Shown: positions 1 through 10,262, counted from the stretch's first letter. The stretch: 64,000 nucleotides of DNA from Candidatus Poseidonia alphae (GCA_002505405.1 DAVD01000037.1:146880-210879); one strand, 5' to 3'. Made by a program: numbers and translations. The notes: generated by a model not told the origin, from the letters alone.

Positions 1-93
1 CAGTCGTGCCAAACATGCCATTGAACTAACACCGCTTGGAGTCATGCTAACACCAATGCTCAAATGGGGCGCTTCGGCCGATAAAACCAGCAG

Positions 94-693
94 ATGGGGG
101 CAATAAATATGTTTGAATTGGACCAAAGGATTTCTGAGCAGTTGACACAAGTAGCACTTAACAGCGCCGTCCAAGTACGCGTAGGAACTGCAAACTCATT
201 TATGGTCACAGCGAGTACAATGATTCCGCTCATGCAAATGTTTGAGATGGGTGGAGTTTACATTTCGGCGAGTCGTGGAGCCGTTGAAATCATCCAAGCG
301 TTTGAGGCGATAGGCGTTGATGTTTCACACATTCAATTCATCGATTTGGTGTCGTCCGGTATTCTCGGAGGGACCGATGTCAAGTACCCCAATGTGCACT
401 TCGTGGACAGCCCAATCATGCTTGAGAGTATTCTACTTCGCACGCTCTATGTGTTGCGCACCATGGAATCTCAGCGTAATTTCGTTTTCCTCGACAGCGT
501 TAATGCACTTGCGATTTACAACGATGACCGTATGCTTGCAGAGTACCTGCACACCTTCATCAACACCTTCCGTCAACGTGAGGTGCTTACCGTCATCCTC
601 AATGTCCCCGACCAAACCCCTCCGCTCGTCTTGTCGAATTTAGACACGTACTGTACAGATGTCGTTGACCGAGGGCAGGTCGTTATCCTTTGA
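94..693 (+). CDS. RecA/KaiC-fold-like protein without recognisable P-loop, function unknown
   Basis: 199-aa ORF. Strand/helix pattern and a Walker-B-like hydrophobic strand 'FVFLDSVNAL' resemble KaiC/RadA-type domains, but the expected P-loop position reads 'VGTANSFMVT'. Lies 10 bp upstream of a clearer KaiC-like paralog. Confidence 0.45.
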   Translation: MGAINMFELDQRISEQLTQVALNSAVQVRVGTANSFMVTASTMIPLMQMFEMGGVYISASRGAVEIIQAFEAIGVDVSHIQFIDLVSSGILGGTDVKYPNVHFVDSPIMLESILLRTLYVLRTMESQRNFVFLDSVNALAIYNDDRMLAEYLHTFINTFRQREVLTVILNVPDQTPPLVLSNLDTYCTDVVDRGQVVIL

Positions 694-703
694 GGTGTGA
701 ATC

Positions 704-1507
704 ATGGCAAAAAAGATGACATTTGACTCAGAAGATGAAGAGTTTTTTAGTACCGTGGGCTCGTTTGGCGTTCCTAAATTCGACAACGAAATGCGTGGTG
801 GCGTACCTCGTGGTTTCACAATGATTGCGTTCACCGAGACCGGTTCTGGAAGCGAGTTGTTTGCAAAACAATTCACTTCGCCTGCTGAAGAATCCGACAA
901 TACGCTGTATGTTGCTACCGACGAAGGGCAACAAGAAATTGTTCGTATTTTCAAGAAATACGGTTGGCCGTTGGACATCAATGTGCGTACCATTGGCGAG
1001 GAATACAATGCCAACGTCCTGGAGCGCGAACTATTGGCCAGCAGGTATCGCCTCGAGGGATTTCAGTTGGATGATATCCAACGTCTGGCCCAAACCCGAT
1101 TCGTAGAAGATAACAATCAGGACTATTTGACTGAGGTGACGAATGAAATCATGGGCCTCGGTCCATATTTCAGAGCCGTTGTGGATAACTTGGATTTCTT
1201 CTTACAACGTGACGACCCAGCTCGTGTTTTATCCATGGTTCGTATGCTTCAAGCACATGCGCAACTGGTTCGTGGACTGCTCTTGATTTCGGTATCCACC
1301 GATGGTTTGGATCCTACAATTAAACAAGAATTGTCCTCAATCGCAGACATGGTTCTATCGTTCAAGGTACGAACGATTGGTACTGATTTTGAAAACTCAA
1401 TGATCGTTTCTAAATTCCGAAACGCTCCTGAAAATCTCAAGATTTTGGTGTTCCGTGTGACTCCCGAAGAAGGAATCACTCCAGAGACCGTCGAGCGTAT
1501 CGCTTGA
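704..1507 (+). CDS. KaiC/RadA-like (RecA superfamily) protein with degenerate Walker A
   Basis: 267 aa. 'FDNEMRGGVPRGFTMIAFTETGSGSELFAKQF' matches the KaiC-like 'LD..LgGGiprGs..li.G.pGtGKT.la.qF' block, but GKT is replaced by GSE. Also has 'YVATDEGQQEIV' and a 'VVDNLDFF' Walker-B-like strand. Confidence 0.6.
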   Translation: MAKKMTFDSEDEEFFSTVGSFGVPKFDNEMRGGVPRGFTMIAFTETGSGSELFAKQFTSPAEESDNTLYVATDEGQQEIVRIFKKYGWPLDINVRTIGEEYNANVLERELLASRYRLEGFQLDDIQRLAQTRFVEDNNQDYLTEVTNEIMGLGPYFRAVVDNLDFFLQRDDPARVLSMVRMLQAHAQLVRGLLLISVSTDGLDPTIKQELSSIADMVLSFKVRTIGTDFENSMIVSKFRNAPENLKILVFRVTPEEGITPETVERIA

Positions 1508-1568
1508 GGGTGCATTGGGGGCCTGGGCGAAACGACATGTCCAAAACAGTCGGGGGCCCGGCAACACC

Positions 1569-2342
1569 ATGGGCAAGCGTGCAGCAACGGGCGGATTTGA
1601 CCCCTCCGGCATTGATGCGGAGGCGTGGGAAACGCTTGAAGGACAACTTGAAGCGACGATTCCTAATTACGATCGGGTCAACAAGTGGATGACCTTTGGT
1701 CAGGATAAACGCTGGCGAAGAAACGTCCGCAACCACGCCTCACCAGGGATGAAAGTCTTGGAAGTCGGGTGCGGGCCTGGCTCATTTGCTGAAGATTTGG
1801 TGGGATTGGATGTGACCTGCCTCGACCCCTCTCCTGAAATGCTTGCCACAGCTAAAAGGCGAGTTGACGGCGCTCGAAAGGAGCGAGGCGAGGAGCCGGC
1901 CGTGTATGTAGAAGCCATCGCCGAAGAGATCCCACTCCCCGACAATACCTACGACATGGTCTTCTGTTTGTTTTCATTCCGAGATTTTAGAGATAAAGCG
2001 AAAGGGCTTTCTGAAATTTATCGGGTCTTGAAGCCAGGCGGCCAATTGGTGATTTGTGATGCTGGGAAAGCAAACAAGCTGCATGGGTTCTTCGGTGTGC
2101 TCTGGATGAATTCGGTGGTCCAAATCATGGCCCGAATCATCACCAAAGAGAAAAATCATCCTTGGAAAGGGCTTGCGAAAAGCTACACTCACTACGGCAC
2201 GAACGGCTACTACAGGACCATGATGCGTTCAGTAGGTTTTGAAGAAGTCAAGGGACGGCTGCTCTATCCGTTTGGCATGTCAAGTCGGTTCAAGGGCCGC
2301 AAGCCTCAAACTGGAGGCGTGGAATCCGCCCCGTTAGACTGA
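1569..2342 (+). CDS. ubiE: UbiE/MenG-family SAM-dependent (demethylmenaquinone-type) methyltransferase
   Basis: 'YDRVNKWMTFGQDKRWRR' N-terminal UbiE signature, SAM motif I 'VLEVGCGPGSFAEDL' and post-I 'VLKPGGQLVICD'. The ORF opens at TTG 1515; the first ATG is at 1569. Confidence 0.75.
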   Translation: MGKRAATGGFDPSGIDAEAWETLEGQLEATIPNYDRVNKWMTFGQDKRWRRNVRNHASPGMKVLEVGCGPGSFAEDLVGLDVTCLDPSPEMLATAKRRVDGARKERGEEPAVYVEAIAEEIPLPDNTYDMVFCLFSFRDFRDKAKGLSEIYRVLKPGGQLVICDAGKANKLHGFFGVLWMNSVVQIMARIITKEKNHPWKGLAKSYTHYGTNGYYRTMMRSVGFEEVKGRLLYPFGMSSRFKGRKPQTGGVESAPLD

Positions 2343-2382
2343 TAAACCCCCTTTCGTTGAGCGGATTCAGTAGGTGCTTGGT

Positions 2383-2700
2383 ATGAGTATGGGTGAAGTC
2401 TTACGCAGCATCAAAAAAGCCGAACAAGGTGCCGAAAAGCGTTTGCTTGAAGCACAAGACGAGGCGTCCAAGGTCCTCTCTGACGCGAGGAAGAAATCCT
2501 CTGAGATGATTCAAAGCGCAGCCGAGGAATCTGTGGCCATGACTCAAACGATCCTCGATGCAGCCCGCTCAAAGGGTCAAGGCGAGGCCGATTCGGTCAA
2601 ATCCGATGGTAGCAAAGATATCGCCGCCATCGATACCAACTCCGCAAAAAACCAAGACGAAGCCGTCCAGATGGTCGTCGATGCATTAATGTCTGAATGA
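2383..2700 (+). CDS. atpH: A-type ATP synthase subunit H
   Basis: About 105-aa charged coiled-coil protein ('LRSIKKAEQGAEKRLLEAQDEA') sitting first in an atpHIKECFABD arrangement. ORF opens at GTG 2374. Confidence 0.7.
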   Translation: MSMGEVLRSIKKAEQGAEKRLLEAQDEASKVLSDARKKSSEMIQSAAEESVAMTQTILDAARSKGQGEADSVKSDGSKDIAAIDTNSAKNQDEAVQMVVDALMSE

Positions 2701-2709
2701 GGTGATTCC

Positions 2710-4731
2710 ATGTTCGACACAGTTGCTATGTCTCGCCTTGCCGTGGCTGCTCCTGTTGATCGTATGGAAGAAGTCCTCCGCAGTTGCATGATAGCAGGCT
2801 GCGTTCACGTCGAAACATACTCAAACTTTGAGGATGGGATCAATGTCGGTTCCGCAATCTCAACCGACGCCGCCAATGAAGTGAGTGCTATGCTCTCCAA
2901 AGTCCGGGCGGCCGTGTCTGCATTCAATCCAGTCAATGGAGAAGGGCCACTCAACACCAAGCGAGTTGAAGAATTGCTCAATGGAGCGTTCCCAGAGACA
3001 CTCCAAAAGGGCCTTGACACCTTGGATGTGCAACGAGATACCGAGGCTGAAATCGATCACATCGAAGAGCAGTTGCACTTGCTTGGACGCCTCCTGCCAT
3101 TGGGCATGGAACTTGATTTGCTCAAAGGCTCCGGCCATGTTGAAGTCTACGTGTCCGAAACACCCAGGGCGTCAAAAGCCCGTTCAGTGTTCGGGGACCT
3201 TCTTCAGAAGGTTGAACTGATGTCCGCAGCGCGAATTGTTGCCGTTGCATGCCTTCCCAGCGATTCTGCTGAGGTACAAATGGCCCTCGGAGAACTTGGT
3301 GGTAAAGCAGTACAAATACCTACGATTGAAGGCTCTCCTGGTGAGGCTATTGCAAGTCTTAGGGCCCGGCTCAAGAAAGCAGAGAATACCCTACAAACTG
3401 CAGAAGCAGATGCAAAGAAGTGGGTTGATATGAATGGGCGAAACCTTCTGGCCGTCCACGAACACCTTGCTCGAGAAGATGAGATTTTTACCGCACCAAC
3501 TCAAATCGCAGTTACGAACCAAGCGTTTGCGCTTGATGCGTGGGTTCCTACGAACAAGGAGGGTCAAATCAAAGATGCACTCAAAGGCATTGCATCACAC
3601 GTGGAAGTCGAAGCCTTTGTCGATGACCATCACGGTCACGATGACGGCCACTACGAGCCTACGCCACCAGTTGCACTCGAAAACGGAGCGGTGTCCAAGC
3701 CGTTTGAATTGATGGTTGACCTTGTTGGCCGCCCCACCTACGGTACTTTTGACCCAACAATGTTGATGATGATCACCTTCCCCATGATTTACGGGCTTAT
3801 CCTTGGAGACTTCGGATACGGACTCATCATTCTCTTGCTGGGAATGTGGCTTGGAACCAAGCCCTTTGCAGCCGACCCGGTCGCTAAGAACGGCATTACC
3901 ATTCTGAAGTGGATGGGGGTCTGGTGTATTATCTGGGGGCTTCTCTTTGCCGAAGGATTCGGATTCGTATGGGATGAGGCTTGGTCGCCATTGGACGGTC
4001 TTTACGTTTGGACGTACGACAACATTCACTTCCCCGCCTTTGTTGCTGAGACGCTTAACATGGCAAATACGCACATTCCATTCCATCGTGCAACCGGCGC
4101 CCTTCAAGATTATGTTCTGCTCTCTGTATACCTCGGCGTTGTCCACATTATGCTTGGCTTCATCATCGGATTTGTGAACGTGGCCCGAGCACACGGAATC
4201 GTACCGGCCTTCTTTGAAAAGGGCAGCTGGATGATCATCCTCACCGGCGGATTCTTCCACATCTACGGATTCCTTACGGGCGAACACGAAGTCTTCGCTG
4301 CAACCACCCCAGGATTCGCAGTACTTGTTGGCGTCGTCTGCCTCATCATCGGCCTTGCAATCTTCGAGAAGTTTGGCTGGGCCGGCGGACTCATCATGGG
4401 CCCAATCGAAACCTTTGGCCTACTTGCCAACACCCTCTCCTACCTTCGTGTAATGGGCGTCGGTGTTGCAGGAGTTAAAATCGCAGAAGTTTCCATCACC
4501 ATGGGTTGGGAAATGATGACGGCATCCGGCGCCGGAGTGGTGGAAATCTTCCTAGGCGCAATTCTCTTCCTTTTCATCCAGGCCTTTGCTCTCGCCCTTG
4601 GCCTTCTTTCACCCAGTATTCACGCTGCCCGCCTACACTTTGTAGAGTGGATGGGCAAATTTTACGATGGCTCGGGCCGGGTATTTACCCCGCTTGGTGG
4701 CCGCGCCCTCCATACGGAGGGGCAATCATAG
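2710..4731 (+). CDS. atpI: A-type ATP synthase subunit I (a-subunit homologue)
   Basis: 673 aa. Soluble N-terminal half plus multi-TM C-terminal half, with the conserved 'LSYLRVMGVGVAG' arginine helix. SD 'GAGGTGA' precedes the ATG. Confidence 0.92.
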   Translation: MFDTVAMSRLAVAAPVDRMEEVLRSCMIAGCVHVETYSNFEDGINVGSAISTDAANEVSAMLSKVRAAVSAFNPVNGEGPLNTKRVEELLNGAFPETLQKGLDTLDVQRDTEAEIDHIEEQLHLLGRLLPLGMELDLLKGSGHVEVYVSETPRASKARSVFGDLLQKVELMSAARIVAVACLPSDSAEVQMALGELGGKAVQIPTIEGSPGEAIASLRARLKKAENTLQTAEADAKKWVDMNGRNLLAVHEHLAREDEIFTAPTQIAVTNQAFALDAWVPTNKEGQIKDALKGIASHVEVEAFVDDHHGHDDGHYEPTPPVALENGAVSKPFELMVDLVGRPTYGTFDPTMLMMITFPMIYGLILGDFGYGLIILLLGMWLGTKPFAADPVAKNGITILKWMGVWCIIWGLLFAEGFGFVWDEAWSPLDGLYVWTYDNIHFPAFVAETLNMANTHIPFHRATGALQDYVLLSVYLGVVHIMLGFIIGFVNVARAHGIVPAFFEKGSWMIILTGGFFHIYGFLTGEHEVFAATTPGFAVLVGVVCLIIGLAIFEKFGWAGGLIMGPIETFGLLANTLSYLRVMGVGVAGVKIAEVSITMGWEMMTASGAGVVEIFLGAILFLFIQAFALALGLLSPSIHAARLHFVEWMGKFYDGSGRVFTPLGGRALHTEGQS

Positions 4732-4761
4732 TCCCCTGGACATAAAATAGGAGGTAGAAAA

Positions 4762-5085
4762 ATGAACAAGAATACCCTAAAAACGAGCCTACGCACACTG
4801 ATTGTCCTGCTAACCCTCGCCTTGGTCGCCCAAGGTGTTGCAGCAGAAGACCCTGTTACAGAAGATTCGGGTGCAACTGATGGAATGACCGGCGACGTCG
4901 GTGTTGGTCTAGCCCTTGGCCTTGCAGCCATTGGTGCTGGATTTTCCCAAGCCGCTATCGGTAGCGCTGCTGTCGGTATGCTTGCAGAAGACGGAAGCAA
5001 GTTCGGTGTTGCACTGATCTTTACCGCTCTTCCAGAATCCATCGTGATTCTTGGAGCTCTTCCATTGTTCCTTGGCGGAAACTGA
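4762..5085 (+). CDS. atpK: A-type ATP synthase subunit K (c/proteolipid) with N-terminal signal-like extension
   Basis: The C-terminal 66 aa form a glycine-rich helical hairpin 'GLALGLAAIGAGFSQAAIGSAAVG ... ALIFTALPESIVILGALPLF' carrying the carboxylate Glu. AGGAGGT lies 7 nt before ATG 4762. The N-terminal 41 aa look like a Sec signal (see findings). Confidence 0.88.
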   Translation: MNKNTLKTSLRTLIVLLTLALVAQGVAAEDPVTEDSGATDGMTGDVGVGLALGLAAIGAGFSQAAIGSAAVGMLAEDGSKFGVALIFTALPESIVILGALPLFLGGN

Positions 5086-5137
5086 AGCGGTTCCATTGGG
5101 CTTGACCCAACTGGAACACTCACACAGAGATGATACA

Positions 5138-5701
5138 ATGACATTAGATACACTAGCAAAAGACATCGCTGCATCTGCAGATAGCGAAGCTAAAGCGCTG
5201 ATTAAGGAAGCCAAATCTGAAGCCAAGGCCATTTTGGCCGAAGCAGAAACCCGGTCAAATGAAATCCGCGAACAAGCCAAGCAGCGTGCCGAAAAAGAAG
5301 CAGGCCAGATCGCAAGCGAATTGGTTGCAAGCGCACGTCAATCGAACCAGAAGGACATTCTGATCGCACGACGAAAAGCACTTGACAGGACGCTTGACGC
5401 CGCCCGAGACCACATCTCAAATGCTGGGATGAAGGGCCGAGATGCAGTATTGAAGTCGTTGTTGGCCAATTCAAAGAAACTCGCGAAAGGCAAATTCGTC
5501 ATTCGCCCCGTTGAACTTGACCGTGCCGCCATCACCAAAGCAGCCGGCGACCGAAAGGTTGGCGAAAGCGTGGACGGCCTCGGCGGATTTATCCTCGAGG
5601 CTGAGGATGGTTCTGTATCGTTTGACATGCGCTTTGACGTACTGCTCCACAATGCTTGGTCGGACCAACTCTCTGCAGTGAACAAGACTCTTTTCAATTG
5701 A
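5138..5701 (+). CDS. atpE: A-type ATP synthase subunit E
   Basis: Charged coiled-coil N-terminus 'AKALIKEAKSEAKAILAEAETRSNEIREQAKQRAEKEA' plus a globular C-terminus, at the expected operon position. The track ORF (5051) overlaps the atpK end; ATG 5138 was chosen. Confidence 0.8.
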   Translation: MTLDTLAKDIAASADSEAKALIKEAKSEAKAILAEAETRSNEIREQAKQRAEKEAGQIASELVASARQSNQKDILIARRKALDRTLDAARDHISNAGMKGRDAVLKSLLANSKKLAKGKFVIRPVELDRAAITKAAGDRKVGESVDGLGGFILEAEDGSVSFDMRFDVLLHNAWSDQLSAVNKTLFN

Positions 5702-5715
5702 ATGAAGGTGAATAT

Positions 5716-6756
5716 ATGATGCTCGGAAACACCCCTTACATTGCCGCTCGTGCTAAGTCGCGACGGCAAAAGTTGGCCGACCGAGCTCGTCTACGACAAT
5801 TGATCAATCAATCCGTAGACCAACTGACCGTTGCGGTCGGAGATCTCGGCTACCGTACGGAAATTGACCTCTACGCTGGAAAACTAACCGGCGGAGATTT
5901 GGTAGAAGCCGCCCTAACTCACAATCTTGAGGTTGAACTTCAGGAAATTGTGGACATGAGCAACCGAGCCATTCGCCCGCTGATTGAAATCTATACCCTT
6001 CGCTTTGAGTATCAAAACGCTAAGGCCGTATTGAGGGCAGTTCACAACGAGATCTCAATTGAAGAAGTTGGAAACAGCATCCTCCCTGAAGTAAACGATA
6101 TCAACACGCCATGGCTTAAGGTCGTCGAGAGTTCTGAAGACTTGAAATCAGCAGCGCTCTTGATGCGCCGCAAATCATTCGGCTCTGCCCTAGCCCGTGT
6201 CCCTGAAGATGGGTCGCTGTCTGCGTATGAGGATGCACTTGACCGCCATTACTTCGATACTGCCGTTAAGGCCATGCGAACGGCCAAAGGCGCACCTGCT
6301 CGTTTCCTAAGCCGTCTGTTTGCCAGTGAGATCGACCATCGAAACATCGTCAACATCCTCGAAGCAAGTGCTGTTGGAATTCCCAGCGACCAATTGGTTT
6401 CGCTGCTTATTCCTGGCGGGCGCCTGCTTCCAAAGCGTTCATTCTCGACCATCGCTAGCGGTGGGAGAGGCGCTATGTTGGATTTGCTCCGAGCAGGAGA
6501 CCGTTTTGATATGTCTGCCTTTGAAGTTGTTCTCAATGAATCGGAATCAACTCGAAGTCTTGACCCTGTCATCACTTGGATGAAAGCACGGGAATATGCT
6601 ATGATGCAACGGATGAGCTACCTCCATCCAGTATCAGCGCTCCCGATCATTCATTATGTTGCAATGAAGGTGCAAGAAGTCAATGATTTACGCCTTATCG
6701 TCCGTGGACGACTGGCTGGCCTTAGCGCCGAAGTGCTTGAAGCACACGTTTTGTGA
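5716..6756 (+). CDS. atpC: A-type ATP synthase subunit C (d-subunit homologue)
   Basis: 346 aa, all-helical, 'NTPYIAARAKSRRQKL' N-terminus typical of AtpC, correct operon position. GAAGGTG precedes ATG 5716. Confidence 0.85.
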   Translation: MMLGNTPYIAARAKSRRQKLADRARLRQLINQSVDQLTVAVGDLGYRTEIDLYAGKLTGGDLVEAALTHNLEVELQEIVDMSNRAIRPLIEIYTLRFEYQNAKAVLRAVHNEISIEEVGNSILPEVNDINTPWLKVVESSEDLKSAALLMRRKSFGSALARVPEDGSLSAYEDALDRHYFDTAVKAMRTAKGAPARFLSRLFASEIDHRNIVNILEASAVGIPSDQLVSLLIPGGRLLPKRSFSTIASGGRGAMLDLLRAGDRFDMSAFEVVLNESESTRSLDPVITWMKAREYAMMQRMSYLHPVSALPIIHYVAMKVQEVNDLRLIVRGRLAGLSAEVLEAHVL

Positions 6757-6762
6757 GGTGAT

Positions 6763-7065
6763 ATGATGGAGATTGCAGTTGTCGGTTCACCAGAATTCAC
6801 CCTGGGCTTCCAGCTCGCAGGCGTGTCAAACCTATACAATCCCGAAGGAGAGGAAGATTTGCATTCCATCCTTCGTTCTTTACTCAACAACAAATCTGTT
6901 GGTCTCATGGTCGTCGACTCCACCATGCTACCGACATTGCCCGATCGTCTGCGTGACCAGCTTTCGGCGTCCGTCTCCCCAACCGTTCTTGGTATCGGTA
7001 CGGAGGAAGACACCACCTTGCGTGATACCATTCGCAAGGCTATAGGAGTCGATCTTTGGAAGTGA
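6763..7065 (+). CDS. atpF: A-type ATP synthase subunit F
   Basis: 100 aa, 'EIAVVGSPEFTLGFQLAGV' AtpF/V-ATPase F signature. Confidence 0.88.
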   Translation: MMEIAVVGSPEFTLGFQLAGVSNLYNPEGEEDLHSILRSLLNNKSVGLMVVDSTMLPTLPDRLRDQLSASVSPTVLGIGTEEDTTLRDTIRKAIGVDLWK

Positions 7066-7095
7066 AGTTCCAAATAAAATCTGGAGGAATAAAAA

Positions 7096-8835
7096 ATGAA
7101 CAATGAAGGAGTAATTTACAGAATATCTGGGCCTGTCGTGACCGCTACCGGCATGAACGCTGCAATGTATGACGTTGTACGTGTCGGGCATGAAGGACTA
7201 ATGGGCGAAGTGATTGAATTGCACGGCGAAAAAGCGGTGATTCAAGTTTACGAAGACACATCCGGTATCCGTCCTGGAGAACCTGTGTTGAACACACAAG
7301 AAACACTCTCGGTCTCTCTTGGACCAGGTTTGTTGACACAAATTTACGATGGAATTCAACGACCTCTTCCAACACTGGAAGAAGAAATGGGTGTTTTCAT
7401 CACCCGTGGTGTTGATGCTGATGCATTTGACCTCGAAAAGATTTGGACCTTTGAACCTCAAGTCGCTGTTGGCGATGAAGTGGTTGCAGGGCAAGTGATT
7501 GGACACGTCCAAGAAACTGAAACGATCGTTCACAAAATCATGGTACCGCCTTCAGTTAGTGGTGTTGTGAAATCGATTGAATCCGGAGACTTCAATGTTA
7601 CACAAACCATCTGTGTACTTGACAACGGCACTGAAATGCAGATGATGCAAAAGTGGCCTGTCCGAACTCCTCGACCTTTCCAGCAGAAGTACGCACCAGA
7701 AACTCCGCTGATTACAGGCATGCGAATTCTGGACTTCTTGTTCCCACTCGCCAAGGGTGGAGCGGCAGGAATCCCCGGACCGTTTGGTTCTGGAAAGACC
7801 GTGACTCAGCAATCCCTTGCAAAGTATTCCGATGCACAACTTGTTGTCTACATCGGATGCGGTGAGCGTGGAAACGAGATGACTGAAGTGTTGGACGAGT
7901 TCCCTCACTTGATTGATCCAAACACCGGTAAGCCCCTCATGGAGCGAACCGTCATGATCGCAAACACCTCGAACATGCCGGTTGCTGCACGAGAAGCATC
8001 TGTTTACACTGGAATTACCATTGCAGAATACTTCCGTGACATGGGCTACGACGTCGCTTTGATGGCGGACTCTACCTCACGATGGGCTGAAGCAATGCGT
8101 GAGATTTCCTCTCGTCTTGAAGAGATGCCCGGAGAAGAAGGATATCCTGCTTACCTCTCATCCCGAATTGCAGAATTCTACGAACGAGCTGGCCGTGTTG
8201 AAACACTCAACGGCGATGACGGGTCGGTCACCGTAATTGGTGCGGTTTCCCCACCTGGTGGAGATATTTCCGAGCCGGTATCCCAAGGTACCCTTCGTAT
8301 CGTTAAGGTGTTCTGGGGTCTTGATGCAGGTCTTGCCCGACAACGGCACTTCCCCGCAATTAACTGGCTCAACTCGTACTCTCTCTACCCGCAAAGCCTT
8401 GACCAATGGTTCCGTGATAACATCTCACAAGACTTCCCAGAAGTCCGAACTCAGATCAGTGGTTTGCTGCAAATTGAATCCGAATTGCAGGAAATTGTTC
8501 AACTGGTTGGATCCGATGCTCTACCAACCGACCAACAATTAACCCTTGAAGTGGCTCGAATGATTCGTGAATACTTCCTTCAACAGAATGGATTCCACGA
8601 TGTTGATGCATACTGTGACATTCACCTGCAGTACCAGATGGCTAAAGCCATTCTATCCTTCCAAGATGCAGCAAAGTCTGCAATGGCCGGTGGAGCAGTT
8701 CTCAACGATGTTGTGAACGTCCCAGCTCGCTCTGACCTCATGCGAGGTCGATTTGAGAAAGGTTACATTGACGTCATTGCTGACATGGTCAAGAAAATGA
8801 CCGACGAAATCGCCGATACGGTGGAGGAAAACTGA
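7096..8835 (+). CDS. atpA: A-type ATP synthase catalytic subunit A
   Basis: 579 aa. Walker A 'GPFGSGKTV', '[11 protein letters not shown]', '[15 protein letters not shown]'. Normal length, so no intein. Confidence 0.97.
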   Translation: MNNEGVIYRISGPVVTATGMNAAMYDVVRVGHEGLMGEVIELHGEKAVIQVYEDTSGIRPGEPVLNTQETLSVSLGPGLLTQIYDGIQRPLPTLEEEMGVFITRGVDADAFDLEKIWTFEPQVAVGDEVVAGQVIGHVQETETIVHKIMVPPSVSGVVKSIESGDFNVTQTICVLDNGTEMQMMQKWPVRTPRPFQQKYAPETPLITGMRILDFLFPLAKGGAAGIPGPFGSGKTVTQQSLAKYSDAQLVVYIGCGERGNEMTEVLDEFPHLIDPNTGKPLMERTVMIANTSNMPVAAREASVYTGITIAEYFRDMGYDVALMADSTSRWAEAMREISSRLEEMPGEEGYPAYLSSRIAEFYERAGRVETLNGDDGSVTVIGAVSPPGGDISEPVSQGTLRIVKVFWGLDAGLARQRHFPAINWLNSYSLYPQSLDQWFRDNISQDFPEVRTQISGLLQIESELQEIVQLVGSDALPTDQQLTLEVARMIREYFLQQNGFHDVDAYCDIHLQYQMAKAILSFQDAAKSAMAGGAVLNDVVNVPARSDLMRGRFEKGYIDVIADMVKKMTDEIADTVEEN

Positions 8836-8848
8836 GGAGAGGAATATC

Positions 8849-10228
8849 ATGACTGGAAAAGAATACCGAACCATTACTGACGTGAAAGGGCCTCTGGTCT
8901 TTTTGAACAAAACTGAACCTGTTGCCTTTGGTGAAATCGTTACCCTACGACTCTCTAATGGTACCATCAAGAACGGACAAGTTCTCGACACTTCTGACGA
9001 CCTTGTGATTGTCCAAGTGTTTGAAGGAACTGCAAAGATTGACCGTGAATCCGGTGTCACCTTCATGGGCGATGTCTTCAAACTCCCAGTGAGTACTGAC
9101 CTTGTTGGGCGTATTTTGGATGGGGCTGGACGACCTCGTGACGGCGGTCCAGAAATTGTCGCTGAAGAGAAGGCAGACATTATCGGTGCTGCTATCAACC
9201 CATACAGCCGACAGAGCCCAAACGATTTCATTCAAACCGGTGTCTCTGCAATCGACCTTTGTACCAGCCTTGTCCGTGGACAGAAGCTTCCAATTTTCTC
9301 GGCATCAGGTCTTCCACACAATGACATCGCCCTGCAAATTGCTCGTCAAGCAAAACTCAAGGACTCCGATGAAGAATTTATTGTTGTGTTCTGTGCTATG
9401 GGAATCACCGCTGAAGAATACAATTTCTTCCGTTCTGACTTGGAGCGAACGGGTGCCCTCGAAAACGCTGTGTTGTTCGTTAACCTTGCAGACGACCCAG
9501 CTGTTGAGCGTATCATTACCCCTCGACTTGCTTTGACTGCTGCAGAATACCTTGCGTTTGAGAAAGACTACCACGTTCTGGTCATCTACACAGACATGAC
9601 CAACTACTGTGACGCTCTTCGTCAAATTGGTGCTGCTCGTGAAGAAGTTCCAGGACGCCGTGGTTATCCGGGTTACATGTACACCGACTTGGCTATGCTC
9701 TACGAACGTGCAGGAATTATCAAGAACAAGAAGGGTTCAATCACCCAATTCCCGATTCTAACCATGCCTGGTGACGATATCACTCACCCGATTCCTGACC
9801 TATCAGGTTACATTACTGAAGGACAAATCGTTATTTCACGTGAATTGCACCAACAGGGTATCTATCCGCCGATCAACGTTCTTCCATCTCTCTCCCGACT
9901 GATGGGTTCGTGTATTGGTGAGAAGACAACCCGTGAAGACCACAAGTCCGTATCTGACCAAATGTACGCTGCATATGCACAAGGCCGTGAACTTCGTGGG
10001 CTCGTCGCCATTGTCGGTGAAGACGCCCTCAACGAGCGAGACAAGCAATTGCTTGAATTCTCTGGTGTCTTTGAGGACAAGTTCCTTCGCCAAACCCGTG
10101 ACGAAGACCGTTCAATTGAGGAAACACTCGATTTGTGTTGGGACCTCATGTCTGCAATCGATACAAAGTACCTCGTCCGTCTTGACCAAAAGTGGATTGA
10201 CAAGTACCATCCTGACAACCGGGCTTGA
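8849..10228 (+). CDS. atpB: A-type ATP synthase subunit B
   Basis: 459 aa. '[15 protein letters not shown]', '[35 protein letters not shown]'. Confidence 0.97.
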   Translation: MTGKEYRTITDVKGPLVFLNKTEPVAFGEIVTLRLSNGTIKNGQVLDTSDDLVIVQVFEGTAKIDRESGVTFMGDVFKLPVSTDLVGRILDGAGRPRDGGPEIVAEEKADIIGAAINPYSRQSPNDFIQTGVSAIDLCTSLVRGQKLPIFSASGLPHNDIALQIARQAKLKDSDEEFIVVFCAMGITAEEYNFFRSDLERTGALENAVLFVNLADDPAVERIITPRLALTAAEYLAFEKDYHVLVIYTDMTNYCDALRQIGAAREEVPGRRGYPGYMYTDLAMLYERAGIIKNKKGSITQFPILTMPGDDITHPIPDLSGYITEGQIVISRELHQQGIYPPINVLPSLSRLMGSCIGEKTTREDHKSVSDQMYAAYAQGRELRGLVAIVGEDALNERDKQLLEFSGVFEDKFLRQTRDEDRSIEETLDLCWDLMSAIDTKYLVRLDQKWIDKYHPDNRA

Positions 10229-10262
10229 ATACTAGCGAGAACTGATACACGAGGGGAATGCT

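Noticed and set aside
1-24. Seven-codon reading frame ending at TGA 22-24 ('...QSCQTCH*'), possibly the tail of an upstream gene
   Set aside because: It is too short to support any call.
3595-4287. 230-aa ORF antisense within atpI
   Set aside because: atpI is unambiguous on the plus strand, and the antisense product has no recognisable features or start context.
8653-9231. 192-aa antisense ORF across the atpA/atpB junction, and similar ORFs in smc (e.g. 18123-18731)
   Set aside because: They lie opposite highly conserved catalytic genes and are typical shadow ORFs.
7096-10228. Inteins in AtpA/AtpB (and in GyrA/GyrB)
   Set aside because: AtpA, AtpB and GyrB have normal lengths with contiguous conserved blocks. 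The only GyrA insertion is ~40 aa and lacks intein splice motifs.
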